From Vulcanimicrobiota bacterium (lineage in GTDB: Bacteria; Vulcanimicrobiota; Vulcanimicrobiia; Eremiobacterales; Eremiobacteraceae): a stretch of DNA of 64,000 bases. The notes under the pieces were generated by a model, which was given only the letters and a program-made list of their open reading frames with translations, was not told the origin of the DNA and made no database searches. Within the stretch, counting starts at the first letter, position 1, and every line of letters starts with the position of its first letter. Location of the stretch: the NCBI GenBank assembly GCA_963812135.1, contig CAWETU010000001.1:2272001-2336000 (forward strand), written 5' to 3'. Shown in pieces: positions 1 to 10,693 of this stretch. The position numbers were made by a program, and so were the translations under genes.

Positions 1-1566
1 GCACGGGCACTTTTTCCGTGCAGTCCGTATATATCTCGATGACGATCGTGTCGCGGCTGCTGATCTGGCGGATGTCGCCGCGTTCACTGACGTACCAATT
101 CACGCCGAACAGCACTGCCGGCTTGTCCGTGACCATATTGAGCGGGGCGATGTAGTGCGGCACGCTATCGTACACGCGCGTCAAGTGCGGCGGCGGCTTG
201 TTCTTCCATGTGTCGTCGTCTTGCCATACGGCTTGCTCGGGCTCGAACCAGCCATCTCAAGGTTTGATCTCGCACGGCGTGGGAGTCGGCGTCGGCGACG
301 GAGTGGACGTCGGTGAGGGATATGCCGAGGGCGGCGGCGTCGGAACCGTTGTCGACGTCGGATATGGTGACGGCGTATTGCGACCTTCCGTGCCTCCTAA
401 CGGCGGCGGCGGGGTCTCGCGGCCGGTCGTGTGATCGCCGTTCTTCGGTTTTGGTGTCGGCGTGGGCGTTGGTGTTGGAGTCGGCGTGGCCGGGCGACTG
501 GTCGTCTTATACGGATACTCGGTGGGCGAGGGCGGCGTGAGTTTTTCGACCGTACTTCCGCTGTCTTCAGGATGGTGCACTTCGAGATCGGTGCTGACAT
601 TGAGCGCGCCTGGCCGCACGGCGCGGATCAGCACTTCGGCGAGGCCGTCCTTGACGGGCACCGTCGCAGTTGTTGCACCATCCGCCATGGTCGCCGCACC
701 GCCCGTATTGAAGATGACGACGGCAGCGTCTTGCGGGCGAATGCCGACGATGTGCACCTTCACCGGCGCGGTCTGACCGGTCTTGAGCGGCGGCAGCGGA
801 TCAAACGTCATGCGCACGATGCTCGTCGGCATGTCGTTGCTGTGTTGACTACCCGATTGGAAGCTCGTGCGATAGAAACCGGGCTGCGTTCCATCGTGCA
901 ATTTGCCGACCAGCGCACGGTCGGATGAGGCGAGCGTGTCGACGTTGCGGTCTGAACCGTCGAGCAGCATCTTCATCTTGCTCGGGTCGCCGCCGCGGGT
1001 GAGCACTTGGATGAGGCCCTTGCCATGCCGCCTTCTTCGTATGCCGAGTAACCTTCGGTGATCGCGGGCCCATTGGGCGGCACGTTCGTCAGCGCGGTTC
1101 CGCCGGGCAGGTGCACGGGTCCGTCGGTGACGTGGCACTGCGAACCGGTGTCGGGCTGGCTGTCTTTGTTGAAGTGCTTGAAGACCTCAAGGCCGACGAG
1201 TCCGGCGATGGCGGGCACGAGGAAATGGAAGTGGCCGTCTTTATCGGTGATGCTATGCCAGAATTTCTTGTGGCCTTGGGCGTCCACGCTGCCGACGATA
1301 AAGGCTTGAGGACCACCGCCACCCTGCTCGTCTTGCACGGTGCCGGTGACTTCCGAGCGATTGCCCGAAACCGCGGGGAAGTAGACGCCCGAGTCGGTGC
1401 CGGTGCCGTCGCCCGGTGCGGGTTTGGTCTGCGTGTAGCTCGGGTTGGCGTCGAGCGGCGCGTCGTTGGATTCGGCCGCGGTGGCGGGCGCGTCATGCTG
1501 ATAGCTTGCAAGCGCGATAACCGCGCTGGCCACTGCGAGCATAAACACCGCAATGAATTGCCGCAT
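1..1566 (-). CDS. Large secreted protein with Pro/Thr linker; frameshifted; runs off the left edge
   Basis: Signal peptide MRQFIAVFMLAVASAVIALA at 1566. Stitched from ORFs 973-1647 and 257-1138 plus an open frame from about 250 to base 1 (DGWFEPEQAVWQ...). The N-terminal module is homologous to 56245-57057. Confidence 0.75.
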
Positions 1567-1656
1567 TTTGTGTGTGCGGCGTTGAATGGGGGCCGGAGAG
1601 TCTCCTCTCCGGCCTCTTGGGTGTGACCGTTGCGCGGCGTGTGCCATCGCGGCGTA

Positions 1657-2361
1657 CTAGCGGCCGGGCTCAGTCTGGGGCTGGGGGTTGACCTGGACCG
1701 GTTGGTCGCTGCCGTTGTGGTGCGCCAGTCCGAAGATCAGCGCCGCGGCGCCGAGGATCGGGAGGAGCAGTTTCATTTTATGCGGCGCGTCGTTGACCGC
1801 GACCCAACCTTTGGCAGGATCCCATTTGTCGTGTTCTTTGGTCGTGTTCTTGCCGTCGAAGTTCGTGCGGGTCGCGTCGCCGCCCGTCAGATCGCCTTGG
1901 CCATCTGGTTGGGAGTACTGCTGCGTGCTGTCCGACGATTTCGAGGTGTTGCCGTCGTTGGTCTGATCGTGCGAGACGACCGTCGAGGTGCCGTCATCGT
2001 TGTTGGTCGTGGTGACTTCGGCTGAGGTCAGGTGCAGGACTTGCTGGTTCGGCAACTTGCCTTTCTTGGTGATGCAGCGTTTGCGCTTGATGGTCTGTAC
2101 GACTTGTCCGGTCTTCAGGCTCGTGAATACGGTCGTGCTTTCCGTGCAGGTCGTGATGCTGCCATCGGGGTTCACGGTGTCGGTGGAGCTGCCTGACGCT
2201 GCGATCGAGTTGCCGTTGCCGTTGTCGGGCGTCGAGGCGGTCCAGTTACCCGCGGCGGCGGGGGCGGCGCTGATGAGCTGGATCATCGGGGCTGCGAGGA
2301 TCAGCGCAAGGGAGAGTGAGATCGCCTTGTGTGCGTAATTCATCTTGATAACATTTTTCAA
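1657..2361 (-). CDS. Secreted/membrane-anchored Thr/Asn/Asp-rich hypothetical protein
   Basis: 234-aa ORF with an N-terminal signal peptide and a C-terminal hydrophobic helix (LLLPILGAAALIFGLA). Confidence 0.75.
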   Translation of the reverse strand: MKNVIKMNYAHKAISLSLALILAAPMIQLISAAPAAAGNWTASTPDNGNGNSIAASGSSTDTVNPDGSITTCTESTTVFTSLKTGQVVQTIKRKRCITKKGKLPNQQVLHLTSAEVTTTNNDDGTSTVVSHDQTNDGNTSKSSDSTQQYSQPDGQGDLTGGDATRTNFDGKNTTKEHDKWDPAKGWVAVNDAPHKMKLLLPILGAAALIFGLAHHNGSDQPVQVNPQPQTEPGR

Positions 2362-2510
2362 GAGCGGCCGGGTTTCTTATGCCGGCCGGCGCCCGAACAA
2401 CCGGGCAAATGGCTCAAGGGTAGCGATTTGGGGCATTGGCTAAATCCGGGGGGCTACGGAGAAAAATGCTTTTCGTAGGCGTCCCGGAACGTGAGCCATC
2501 GAGCTTCTTT

Positions 2511-3125
2511 ATGGGCCCTGTCTATCGGCGTTTGCTCTTGTCGGTGCTGCTCGTTCTGTTGGCCGGGCCTGCCTCTGCGTTTAGTTCTGCGCCCCCACTG
2601 CCTCCGCAGAATGATGCGCTTGGTGCGTGGCTGCCTCGATCTCAAGAGGCGGATCTGTGGAACCACAAGCGCGCGTCTGAGACCAGAATCGACGACTCGT
2701 TCACGTACGCTCCCCGCGATTGGTTCGGCGGGCCGGCAGACGGCCGGACATTTCGCTTTGGCAACGCGGGGTCGTCAAGTGCGAGCGTCGTCTACGACGC
2801 TCACTCCAAAACCGCGTTCTACGATGTCGGTTGTTGCTCGTGGCATTCGACGCTGCTCGTCAGTGGTGTGGCGGCACCACCCCAAGCCGTGCCTGCTCGC
2901 GACCTAGGAGCCGCGGGGACCAAAGCTGGTGCGCGGTTGGGAGAATCGCCGAGCACAGTGCGCGGCATCTATGGCGCCGCTTCTCCTATTCAAATGAAGG
3001 ACAAGCCCGGATATACCGAGCTGGTATATTTCAAACCACAGAATCCGACACAGTGCTATTGGTACGACTACTTCATATTTCTCGATGACAAGCTTGTGAG
3101 CATCGAGCTAGCCCACGGGTGTTGA
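2511..3125 (+). CDS. Secreted hypothetical protein
   Basis: Signal peptide RRLLLSVLLVLLAGPASA; clean ORF; start uncertain (2436-2511). Confidence 0.7.
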   Translation: MGPVYRRLLLSVLLVLLAGPASAFSSAPPLPPQNDALGAWLPRSQEADLWNHKRASETRIDDSFTYAPRDWFGGPADGRTFRFGNAGSSSASVVYDAHSKTAFYDVGCCSWHSTLLVSGVAAPPQAVPARDLGAAGTKAGARLGESPSTVRGIYGAASPIQMKDKPGYTELVYFKPQNPTQCYWYDYFIFLDDKLVSIELAHGC

Positions 3126-3158
3126 AGCAGGCCAGGACCACGCTCTGCCGGCAGAAAA

Positions 3159-4234
3159 TGATACATATTGTGAAGCCGCTGATAGGCTCCATTCTCGCCG
3201 TTTTTATCGTGGCAGTTGCGCTGCTGTCCCCGTGTGCGGCGAGCCAAGCGGGTGGAACGCCGCCGACCATGCACGTCGCTCCCACGCCGCACCCGACTCC
3301 GCGTCCGACTCCCAAGCCTGTGTTGCCAGCGCCAAGGGCTCTGCACTACACGACGAATCCCGACACGTGCGTTCATGAAGGCGACGGTCCAAGCCAGTGC
3401 TCATGGTTGACGCACGGCAAGGCAATCGATGTGTATTGGGACTGGAGATGCAGCGACATGCCCTGCGCCCTCGAGGGCTTCCATCTGAGGTTGGCTGGCG
3501 GGGGCCGCTCCGGTGGTCCTGGGAGAGTCGTTGGGATCTCAAGTGCACACTTCATCGTCCAAGACGAGCCAAAAGGCGGCTGGCACGCGGTATGTTACGT
3601 CGTGACTGCGTACCCATTGTCGCGCCTCGCCGCTGCCGAATCCAAGCCGAGTCCGAAGATCTGCATCCATGAGACGTCCAAGACCGTGACCATCAAGGCG
3701 GATAAGGCGCGCGGTTACACCGGCAATATTGGAATCTGTACAGCGACAACAATCCACAAGTGCAGACCTTCCCGGCGATCGGGTTCAGACTTAATCGTCG
3801 GCGATACATTCTTCGAGAGCAACCAAAGCCAGACGAACTCGTTCCAGCGCGCCGCCTACGCGTTCGATCTCTCAGCGATCGCCGGCAACAGCCTGTTCGG
3901 TGGAAGCTTCGCGTACACCGGGCCCGGGCAATCCCACCCGCAGTTGCGCGGATCTCCATCGTGCTCCGAGCGACTGGGCGAGCAAGTCCTGGGTCGTCGC
4001 TGGGGGCGGTCCGCTGCCCGGAAAGTTCGCGAGGATGGATCAACGGTATCGTGGCCCATCAATAAGCTCGTGGAGAGTTGGAACCGGTCAACGCCGTTCG
4101 TGCTGCTCCTCGAAGAAGTCAACGGAGTCGGTTATGCCGAGTACATCAAGAGCAGCGTCGTGCCGTATACGTTCTCGTGTCAAGCGGTCATCATCAACCC
4201 AAGGCTGCTGCTGAGGGTCGGCGTGACAGAATAA
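3159..4234 (+). CDS. Secreted Cys-containing hypothetical protein with Pro/Thr linker
   Basis: Signal peptide, PTPHPTPRPTP linker and paired Cys residues; ATG start approximate; internal frameshifts possible. Confidence 0.7.
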
Positions 4235-4256
4235 CCGGTTCTGGGTGGCGCCGGCG

Positions 4257-6997
4257 TCAGGCTGTGGCGGAGCGTGCCATGTGGGCGATCAGCTCGGCGC
4301 GTGACGCCAACCCGAGTTTGTTGAGGATCGCTGAGGCGTGCGTTTCGACTGTACGCTCGCCGACCGTCAGCGCTCTGAGGCGACGATTGGATTTGCCTTG
4401 CGCGATGAGCTGTGCCGACCTCGAGCTCGCGGGGACTCAAGCCTTGCGGGCCAGATGCCCTTGGTCTTCCGCGCCGGCGGGCTGAGGTCTCGAGGCGCTG
4501 CGCGTCTCTTTTGTCGCCTATCTTCTTATAGAGCTCGAGCGCCTTGTCGCGTTCGCCGGCGGTTTCGAGCGCCTGGGCTTCGTATAGATGCCAGCCGAGA
4601 TCGTGGAATTGCGCGGCGGCGCGCTCGCCGAGCGCGCGTGCGTCTTGGGGTTTGTTCTTCTCTTTGCGCGAGCCGAGCGTCGAAGAGCGTCAGATAGGCG
4701 CGCGCATCGTGCTCTTTTTCGTGCTTGAGCGTTCCGGCGCGTTTGAGCAGCTCGCGCGCGCGTTTGACTTGGGCCTGGTCGCCGTGCACCGCGATGTGGA
4801 CGAAGATGACGTTGTCGGTCTGCTTGTCCGCAAGGGCGTCGAGCGCGGTCAGGGCCCGATCGATGATGCCGTGCGCGTCGTCAAAGCGCCCGCGCGCTAC
4901 GGCGTAGTCGATATAGGCGCAGGCCGCGTACGGCACGGCGCTCTCGTCGAGTCCTTCGACAAGTTCGAAGAAATCGCGACGCGCGCGTGCGTTCGACGAG
5001 TTTCGTCGTCGAGCGTGAGCAGGCCGACCGCGATGCCGATGCGCGCAGCGACGACATCGAATTTTTGGCAGGTCGATCTCCATGGCGAGCGCTTGGGTGA
5101 CGAGCTCGCGCGCGCGCTCGAGGTCGCCGAAACGATAGCAGGTGAGCGCGTATTGCAAGCAGGCAGAAACCGGCGGAGACGCTGCGCAGCCGATGCGTCT
5201 CTGATGAGCTCGCGCGCTTGTTCGAAGAGCTCGAGCGTTTGGTGGCGGGCGCGCAGTTTGCCGAGATTGACGGCGACGTTGCCCAGCGCCCGCACGGACG
5301 CCTTCGATGTCGCCGGCGGCTTGCGCGATGTCAGGGCTGCGCGTTCGCAGTTATCGACGCGCCGATCTGCATCGCCCGCGGTCACTGAGCGCGATGGCGA
5401 GGAACTGATAGCAAGCGCGACTGCTTCAGGCCGCGGGCCGCTCGCCTGTGTAGAGCTCTGCCAGCGCGAGATGTTCGAGCGCGCCGGTGGCGTCGTCTTG
5501 GAAGACGCGCAGACCGGCGAGGCTCACGTGCGCGTTGAAGATGCAGCACGTCATCGGGATCGGTGGCGGCGCCGAGCGCGCGTTCGAAGAGCTCTTTCGC
5601 GCCAGCTACATCGCCGGTGTTGAACGCGAGATGGCCCGCTATCTAATGATAGAGCGCCGAGACGTACCGGGATCGCCGGAGCGCTCGTGATGAGGAGCGA
5701 TTGCACGTCGAACGCATCGCGCGCCTTGGCGGCCGAGCCCCGTGATGCAAGGCGAGCGCGAACTTGCGGAACAGCTCGCTTCTGCCCGCATCGTCTGACC
5801 GTGGCGCGTCGAGCGCGCGCTCGTAGGACTGCGCCGCGAACGCATGGGCGAAGAGGGCTTCCGCCTCGTCGCCGGCGCGCTCATCGTAGGCGGCGGCTTT
5901 CGCAGGCTCGCCGGCGTTGCGCCAATGGTACGAGAGTTCGGTCGCGCTCGAGCCCGGTCTGCGCTGCGAGCGCCGTGGCGATCTTGGCGTGCAGCGCGCT
6001 GCGTTGCGCGCCAGCAGCTCATTGTAGATGGCATCGCGCGTTAACACGTGGCCGGAATGTGAAGACGGGCTGCTCGGCGGGTTCTTCGACGATCAACTGC
6101 TGATCGCGAGCGCGTTTGAGGGCCTCGAGGACTTGCTCGCTCGGCCGCTCGGCGATCGCGGCAGCGAACGCGACCGAGAAATGACGCCCGATGACTGCGG
6201 CGCGCTCGAGGACGGCGCGCGTCTCTACGTCGCACTGCCGGAAGCGCTCGAGGACGATCTGCTCGACTGAAGAGGGAACGTCGCCGCGCGCGAGGCTGAC
6301 CGCAGCTTGCGTCGAGCAGCGTCCGCAACAGCTCTTCGGCGAAGAGGGGATTGCCTTCGGCCCTGCCTCTGACCGCATCGGCGACGCCGGACGAGCCAGG
6401 CCGGCTCTCGAGGACGTCATGGATCAGCGTTTGGATGTCGGCGTCGTCGATCGGAGGCAGCTCGAGCCGCGCCACTGACGGATCTCTGCCGAGTTTGGCG
6501 AGCACCGCGCCCAGCGCTTCGCCGCGTCGCGCGTCTTCAGCCCGCAGCGTCGCGAGCATCAACACGCGCGATCGCCCGATCGAGGTGGCGACGTGCGCGA
6601 AGAGCTCGAGCGAATCGTTGTCTGCCCACTGGAGATCCTCGACGACGACGATGACCGGCTGGCTCGCTGCGGCGTCGACAATCGTCTTGACGATGGTCTC
6701 GAACTGTGCCCATTTGTCGGCTTGCGGCGCGAATTCGTGACCCGTGAGCTCGCGATAGATGGCGCGGAACGGCACGTACGGGATCTGAAGATGTTGGAAG
6801 CACTGGCCGATGGCGACGCGGCTTTGCGTGGCATCGCGAATCAGCTGCGCGACGAGCCGGCTCTTGCCGATGCCGGCATCGCCCACGATAAGCACAGTCG
6901 AGCCGCGGCCTTGGGCCGCGGCTTCGTTGCGTTCGCGCAGGTCGGCGAGTTCTTGACGCCGGCCCGCAAAACGCTCAAAGACGATCGGAGTTACCAC
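4257..6997 (-). CDS. AAA ATPase (AAA_16)-TPR-LuxR HTH transcriptional regulator, multiply frameshifted
   Basis: FAGRRQEL, Walker A GDAGIGKS, Walker B VVEDLQWAD, GNPLFAEEL; C-terminal SPRELEV...RTVETHASAILNKLG LuxR HTH ending at TGA 4257. Split over at least five frames. Confidence 0.85.
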
Positions 6998-7056
6998 GGT
7001 CGCCTCAACCCGGCGTGGATTTCACCCTTGCTCGGTACGCGACGCAAGTTGAGAAG

Positions 7057-8604
7057 CTAGAGCCTGGAGCGCACGAGGCCGGCCAATATCGAGGCGATGG
7101 CGTCGGGGCTGCCCGGATCGTGCAGCGTCACGGCGATCTGTACGAGGTTGCCGTGTTGGAGGACGAACCGCTCACCGCATGTCCCCGGCCTTGATTCCGT
7201 ACTGCAAGACCCAGCTGGCTGTTCGCCCGATTTTTCAAGAGCGGCCGCATACGATTGCGGCCACACCACGACGGTGACGACCGTGTACAGCATGTCATTG
7301 AAGTCTTTGAGCGTGATCGCGTAGTAGCAGGCCGAGCCTCCGCCATGCAGCACGACAGGACTACCAACGGCGCCGCTCACCTCTCCCGTACTGAGCAAGG
7401 CGTTGCACGACTTGTTGACGACAGGCGGGCTGCTTGACGGTGAAGGTGACGGCGTCGGCTGCAACTTGCAATATGAGTCCAACGAAATTCCAGTGAGCCT
7501 GATCTTCGCGCCGCTTTTCCCGCCGGACATCGACACGTAGGCTATCCCTGGTGCGGCGCGCGTTGTGGGCGGCGGGTTGCCGGTGCTGCCGGCCGGACAT
7601 TTGCAGCCCTGCGGCAGCGTGCAAAAGTAGCCGTTGAGCGCGCCGCCCGCGATTTCGTCGCGATTCGCGAAGCTGACGTGTCCGTGCAGCGACGAGGTGA
7701 CGATCTGGACGATATCGGCTTCGAGCTTCGCGAGGAAGATCTCGTTCGTGTATGCTGCGGCCGCAAACGGCCCCTTTGAGATCCCGTTGCTCACCGTATA
7801 CAGTTTGAGCTCGTCGATCGTCTTCGTGATGCCTGGCCCATCCGAATCCCAACCCGTCGGATCGAGCGACGGGTCCCTGACGCGAGAGCGAGCGTAGCTC
7901 GATGCCCAGCGGATCTCGAAGTTGTCGGGATCCCCGGCGATGGCGAGCGCGTATGCTGCGGCATTGTCGCCCTTCTTGAGCATACCGTCGAAGAGAGGCC
8001 ATGGATTGATGCCGACATACTTCATCTCGGCATAGAAGCCGAGCGCGTCAGGGCCGCGGTCAAAGAGCGGCTTGCCCGGTTCCGTGAAATAATCGGCCCA
8101 ATAGCCAGCGCCGGAGATGTTGGTGCCTGCAAGCGTTGCCCCCACCCACTCGGCTTGGCCTTCGAGGAGCCAACCCGGGGCGTTGTGATAGGACGTCCCC
8201 GTCGCGAAGTCGTCGAGTTGGAAGCAATGGAAATCTTCGTGGCCCGCGATCTCTAGCTGTTCCTGGGCTGGCGCGGCCTGCCCGCTTGGGTTGATGTAAA
8301 TGACGCATTTCACAGGCTTGCCCGAGCGCTGCCCTGTCGCGTCTGGATAGTCCGTGTAAGCCTGGGCCGCCCCCTGTTGCTGCGTCGCATTGATAACGAC
8401 GATGACCGGCAGCGCGGAGTTGCGCCCCATGTTCGCGGCGATCTGAGCTCGTGCGGAACTGATGAGCTCTTCCCAATGCGTCTGCGTGGCATTGGCTTCG
8501 CTCGGGCGAGCGCCGTAGCACATCACTACCAATAGCGTCGCGGCCGTCGCAAGAGCGCGAACCGCTACGCCAGCAACGGAGACAGCTGTGCTCGTCATAC
8601 CCAT
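7057..8604 (-). CDS. Secreted HExxH zinc metallopeptidase-like protein
   Basis: Signal peptide; GHEDFHCFQ followed by PGWLLEGQAEW (gluzincin-like third ligand); PS linker and Cys-rich C-terminal domain. Confidence 0.7.
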   Translation of the reverse strand: MGMTSTAVSVAGVAVRALATAATLLVVMCYGARPSEANATQTHWEELISSARAQIAANMGRNSALPVIVVINATQQQGAAQAYTDYPDATGQRSGKPVKCVIYINPSGQAAPAQEQLEIAGHEDFHCFQLDDFATGTSYHNAPGWLLEGQAEWVGATLAGTNISGAGYWADYFTEPGKPLFDRGPDALGFYAEMKYVGINPWPLFDGMLKKGDNAAAYALAIAGDPDNFEIRWASSYARSRVRDPSLDPTGWDSDGPGITKTIDELKLYTVSNGISKGPFAAAAYTNEIFLAKLEADIVQIVTSSLHGHVSFANRDEIAGGALNGYFCTLPQGCKCPAGSTGNPPPTTRAAPGIAYVSMSGGKSGAKIRLTGISLDSYCKLQPTPSPSPSSSPPVVNKSCNALLSTGEVSGAVGSPVVLHGGGSACYYAITLKDFNDMLYTVVTVVVWPQSYAAALEKSGEQPAGSCSTESRPGTCGERFVLQHGNLVQIAVTLHDPGSPDAIASILAGLVRSRL

Positions 8605-8678
8605 GGCCCCTTCAATGAGAGTTGGCGATGAAAGGCTTGCGCATGTAGGCACCCAAAAGTAGGCGCTGCGAGCACACG

Positions 8679-8888
8679 CTATTTCTTGGCTTTGGAGCGC
8701 CTGCGTGGGCGCAATCCGTCATCGGTCAGGTCGATGCTTGTCCGCAGCTCGTGCAGTTGTGCGGGTCGAAGGCGTACTTCGAGAAACGTGTCTTTGGATT
8801 CGAGCAGCAGACGGGCGAGACGCCGGTTCGCGATGGCGGCGGCGTGGAACGATCCGCGTCGAAACGCAACGACAAGTCTTTTCATCAT
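8679..8888 (-). CDS. Small hypothetical protein
   Basis: 69 aa; RBS AAGGAG 7 nt after the HNH stop; co-oriented with the TA/HNH cluster. Confidence 0.5.
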   Translation of the reverse strand: MMKRLVVAFRRGSFHAAAIANRRLARLLLESKDTFLEVRLRPAQLHELRTSIDLTDDGLRPRRRSKAKK

Positions 8889-8895
8889 TGCTCCT

Positions 8896-9207
8896 TCACA
8901 GGCGCAGCTCCGCGACCAGCCGAGATACTTTCTGCAGGTGCGCCGGATCTGGCGCAGCGCGCGCGTTTCTGCTTTGATTGCAAAGTTTGTGGGCTAGGCG
9001 CAAGTTGTCGAGCTCTCCCCTCCGGCCACCTTGACTGACGGGTACGATATGGTCGACGGTTGGGGCACATGGATGACTCTGTCTTTTCTGGCCCTTCAAA
9101 CCCTCGTATGGCGCGTCGAAATACATCGGCAGACGGCAAATCTGACAGTTCCGTCCGTCGCGCTTGACCAAGGTCCGGATGATGGCGTGGAGCGTGACCT
9201 TGCTCAT
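8896..9207 (-). CDS. HNH endonuclease
   Basis: RDGRNCQIC...PTVDHIVPVSQGG...NLRLAHKLCNQSR, a typical HNH signature. Confidence 0.9.
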   Translation of the reverse strand: MSKVTLHAIIRTLVKRDGRNCQICRLPMYFDAPYEGLKGQKRQSHPCAPTVDHIVPVSQGGRRGELDNLRLAHKLCNQSRNARAAPDPAHLQKVSRLVAELRL

Positions 9208-9216
9208 TCTGAGCTT

Positions 9217-9558
9217 TTACAAGAACAGGGAAACCGGCACCTTGAAGAATTTCGCAAAGCTCTTAGCCGCGTTCACACCGATCTTCCGTTTGCCCGCGAG
9301 CATCTGACTCGCGGTGCCTTTCGACTTGATGATCGCACCCAGCTCTGAGACCGTCAGGCCGCGCGCTTGCATCAGCTCCCGCAGAATATCAGCGGGCGCC
9401 GCCTGTTCGGGCCACGGATAATGCTCCTCCTCGTACTTTTCGATCAGCGTGGCGATCAGATCGAGATACGCCTCTAGCGCGGGCGTCAAGGTTCGCGCCG
9501 CGAGGAGATCTCGAGCCTCGGCGAGCGCCTTCTTGTGCTCATGCTCTGTGCGGATCAT
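9217..9558 (-). CDS. higA: HigA-family antitoxin (HTH); no cognate HigB adjacent
   Basis: IRTEHEH...YLDLIATLIEKYEEEHYP...LRELMQARGLTVSEL...SKGTASQMLAGKRKI...AKFFKV. Confidence 0.85.
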   Translation of the reverse strand: MIRTEHEHKKALAEARDLLAARTLTPALEAYLDLIATLIEKYEEEHYPWPEQAAPADILRELMQARGLTVSELGAIIKSKGTASQMLAGKRKIGVNAAKSFAKFFKVPVSLFL

Positions 9559-9570
9559 AGCAACCTGCTA

Positions 9571-9921
9571 CTAGTCCTTTTTTCGTGGCGCATGCACGCC
9601 GCCTACCGCCCGCGTTACGAGTTGAGGCGCCCATTCAATGACACGCAACAGATTACGTGCAAGCTGATCGGGTTTTGACCGTCCTTGTTCCCACTGCTGA
9701 ATGGTTCGTTGGCTAAGGCGGAACCGCCGCGCAAATTCGCTTTGCGACAAGCCGAGCCTACGGCGAATCGCCTTCACATTCGGCGGTCGCGGGTTAAACG
9801 GCCGATGGAAATGGAGCTCCTCCAGCTTTATGCCCAGCGCCGCACGCTCTTCCGCCGCAAGCCGCGCTATGGTGGCCTCGTCGTGGGACTTGATGAGCTC
9901 CCAGTTAATTCTCCCCTTCAT
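9571..9921 (-). CDS. XRE/YiaG-type HTH antitoxin
   Basis: NVKAIRRRLGLSQSEFARRFRLSQRTIQQWEQGRSKP; overlaps the BrnT 3' end. Confidence 0.85.
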   Translation of the reverse strand: MKGRINWELIKSHDEATIARLAAEERAALGIKLEELHFHRPFNPRPPNVKAIRRRLGLSQSEFARRFRLSQRTIQQWEQGRSKPDQLARNLLRVIEWAPQLVTRAVGGVHAPRKKD

Positions 9922-10219
9922 CTCGATACCCCATATGTCGAGCATATTCGTCGATCTCTGATCGCTCGGACTTCCACGCGGTGATGATTCGTTTGCGATC
10001 GCCTCTCATCGTATAGACAGCAGTGATGAACAAATCGCCCGTACACCCGATCGCTTTCATCTGCTCTTCGCCGTCGGCGCGATAACGGATCCAAGCATCG
10101 ACATAGTTCTCCCCCTCGAACATCTCCGCGACGACGTGAAAATCGAAACCATGCCGCGCGAAGATTTCCTCGCTCTTGTCCAGGTCCCATTCAAAATGTT
10201 CGTCGATATAATCGGGCAC
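9905..10219 (-). CDS. brnT: BrnT-family toxin
   Basis: FEWDLDKSEEIFARHGFDF...VYTMRGDRKRIITAWK. Confidence 0.88.
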   Translation of the reverse strand: MPDYIDEHFEWDLDKSEEIFARHGFDFHVVAEMFEGENYVDAWIRYRADGEEQMKAIGCTGDLFITAVYTMRGDRKRIITAWKSERSEIDEYARHMGYRDEGEN

Positions 10220-10254
10220 GGCGACCGTCCAAGAGAATCCAGCTATACGTTTTA

Positions 10255-10269
10255 CAACGTACTACGTTG
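10255..10269. promoter_or_regulatory. Palindromic operator candidate upstream of brnT
   Basis: CAACGTA-C-TACGTTG, perfect 7-bp arms, 36 nt upstream of the brnT start. Confidence 0.45.
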
Positions 10270-10303
10270 GAAGCGTACAGCGCTTAACATGCACGCTGCG
10301 CTC

Positions 10304-10328
10304 GGTCGAATGAATTCGACCGCTACAG
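10304..10328 (-). repeat. GTAG-type REP-like palindrome, copy 1
   Basis: Minus strand reads CTGTAGC-GGTCGAAT-TC-ATTCGACC; related to the copy at 10495-10519. Confidence 0.6.
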
Positions 10329-10494
10329 TGCGACCGAACGCATGTTCGGTATCACGCCGACCGCTCCGACCGTCAAGAGCCGCGTGGAGTTGTACGATCC
10401 AGCTGGCAAGACCGTGCGTAGCAGCCGCCTCGTCGCTCGGCGATCGCGTAACGGTGAGTGGCCGGCCATGAACGGGTTCATGAGCGCCGGCTTG

Positions 10495-10519
10495 GGTCGA
10501 GTAAACTCGACCGCTACAG
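10495..10519 (-). repeat. GTAG-type REP-like palindrome, copy 2
   Basis: Minus strand reads CTGTAGC-GGTCGAGT-TT-ACTCGACC; a compensatory A-T/G-C change relative to copy 1. Confidence 0.6.
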
Positions 10520-10602
10520 ACTTCTTGCTCCGGCTGTTATTCGGGAGTGACAAAGCGGCGCGAACTCAAGAAGGGCTGAGCCGCATGGGCAGATCCATTC
10601 CG

Positions 10603-10640
10603 AAAAAAAGCGAGACCACCGCACTTTTGCGGTGGTCTCG
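10603..10640 (-). terminator. Rho-independent terminator
   Basis: 13-bp perfect stem CGAGACCACCGCA / TGCGGTGGTCTCG with 4-nt loop, followed by C and T7 on the minus strand. Confidence 0.85.
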
Positions 10641-10659
10641 GCGAGTCCGTCAAACCACG
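10603..10659 (-). ncRNA. Candidate small RNA or attenuator of about 55-60 nt
   Basis: Bounded by the promoter at 10665-10693 and the terminator; no ORF inside. Confidence 0.45.
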
Positions 10660-10664
10660 CCGTT

Positions 10665-10693
10665 AGTATAGCATAGCCTTCCGATAAGCTCAA
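10665..10693 (-). promoter_or_regulatory. Sigma70-type promoter with extended -10
   Basis: TTGAGC - 17 nt - TATACT, preceded by TGn. Confidence 0.65.

Noticed and set aside
270..500. Tandem DNA repeats here and at 56040-56170
   Set aside because: They encode Pro/Thr linkers.
10304..10519. CRISPR array from the two 25-nt palindromic repeats
   Set aside because: Only two copies, a 166-nt gap and no cas genes in the window.
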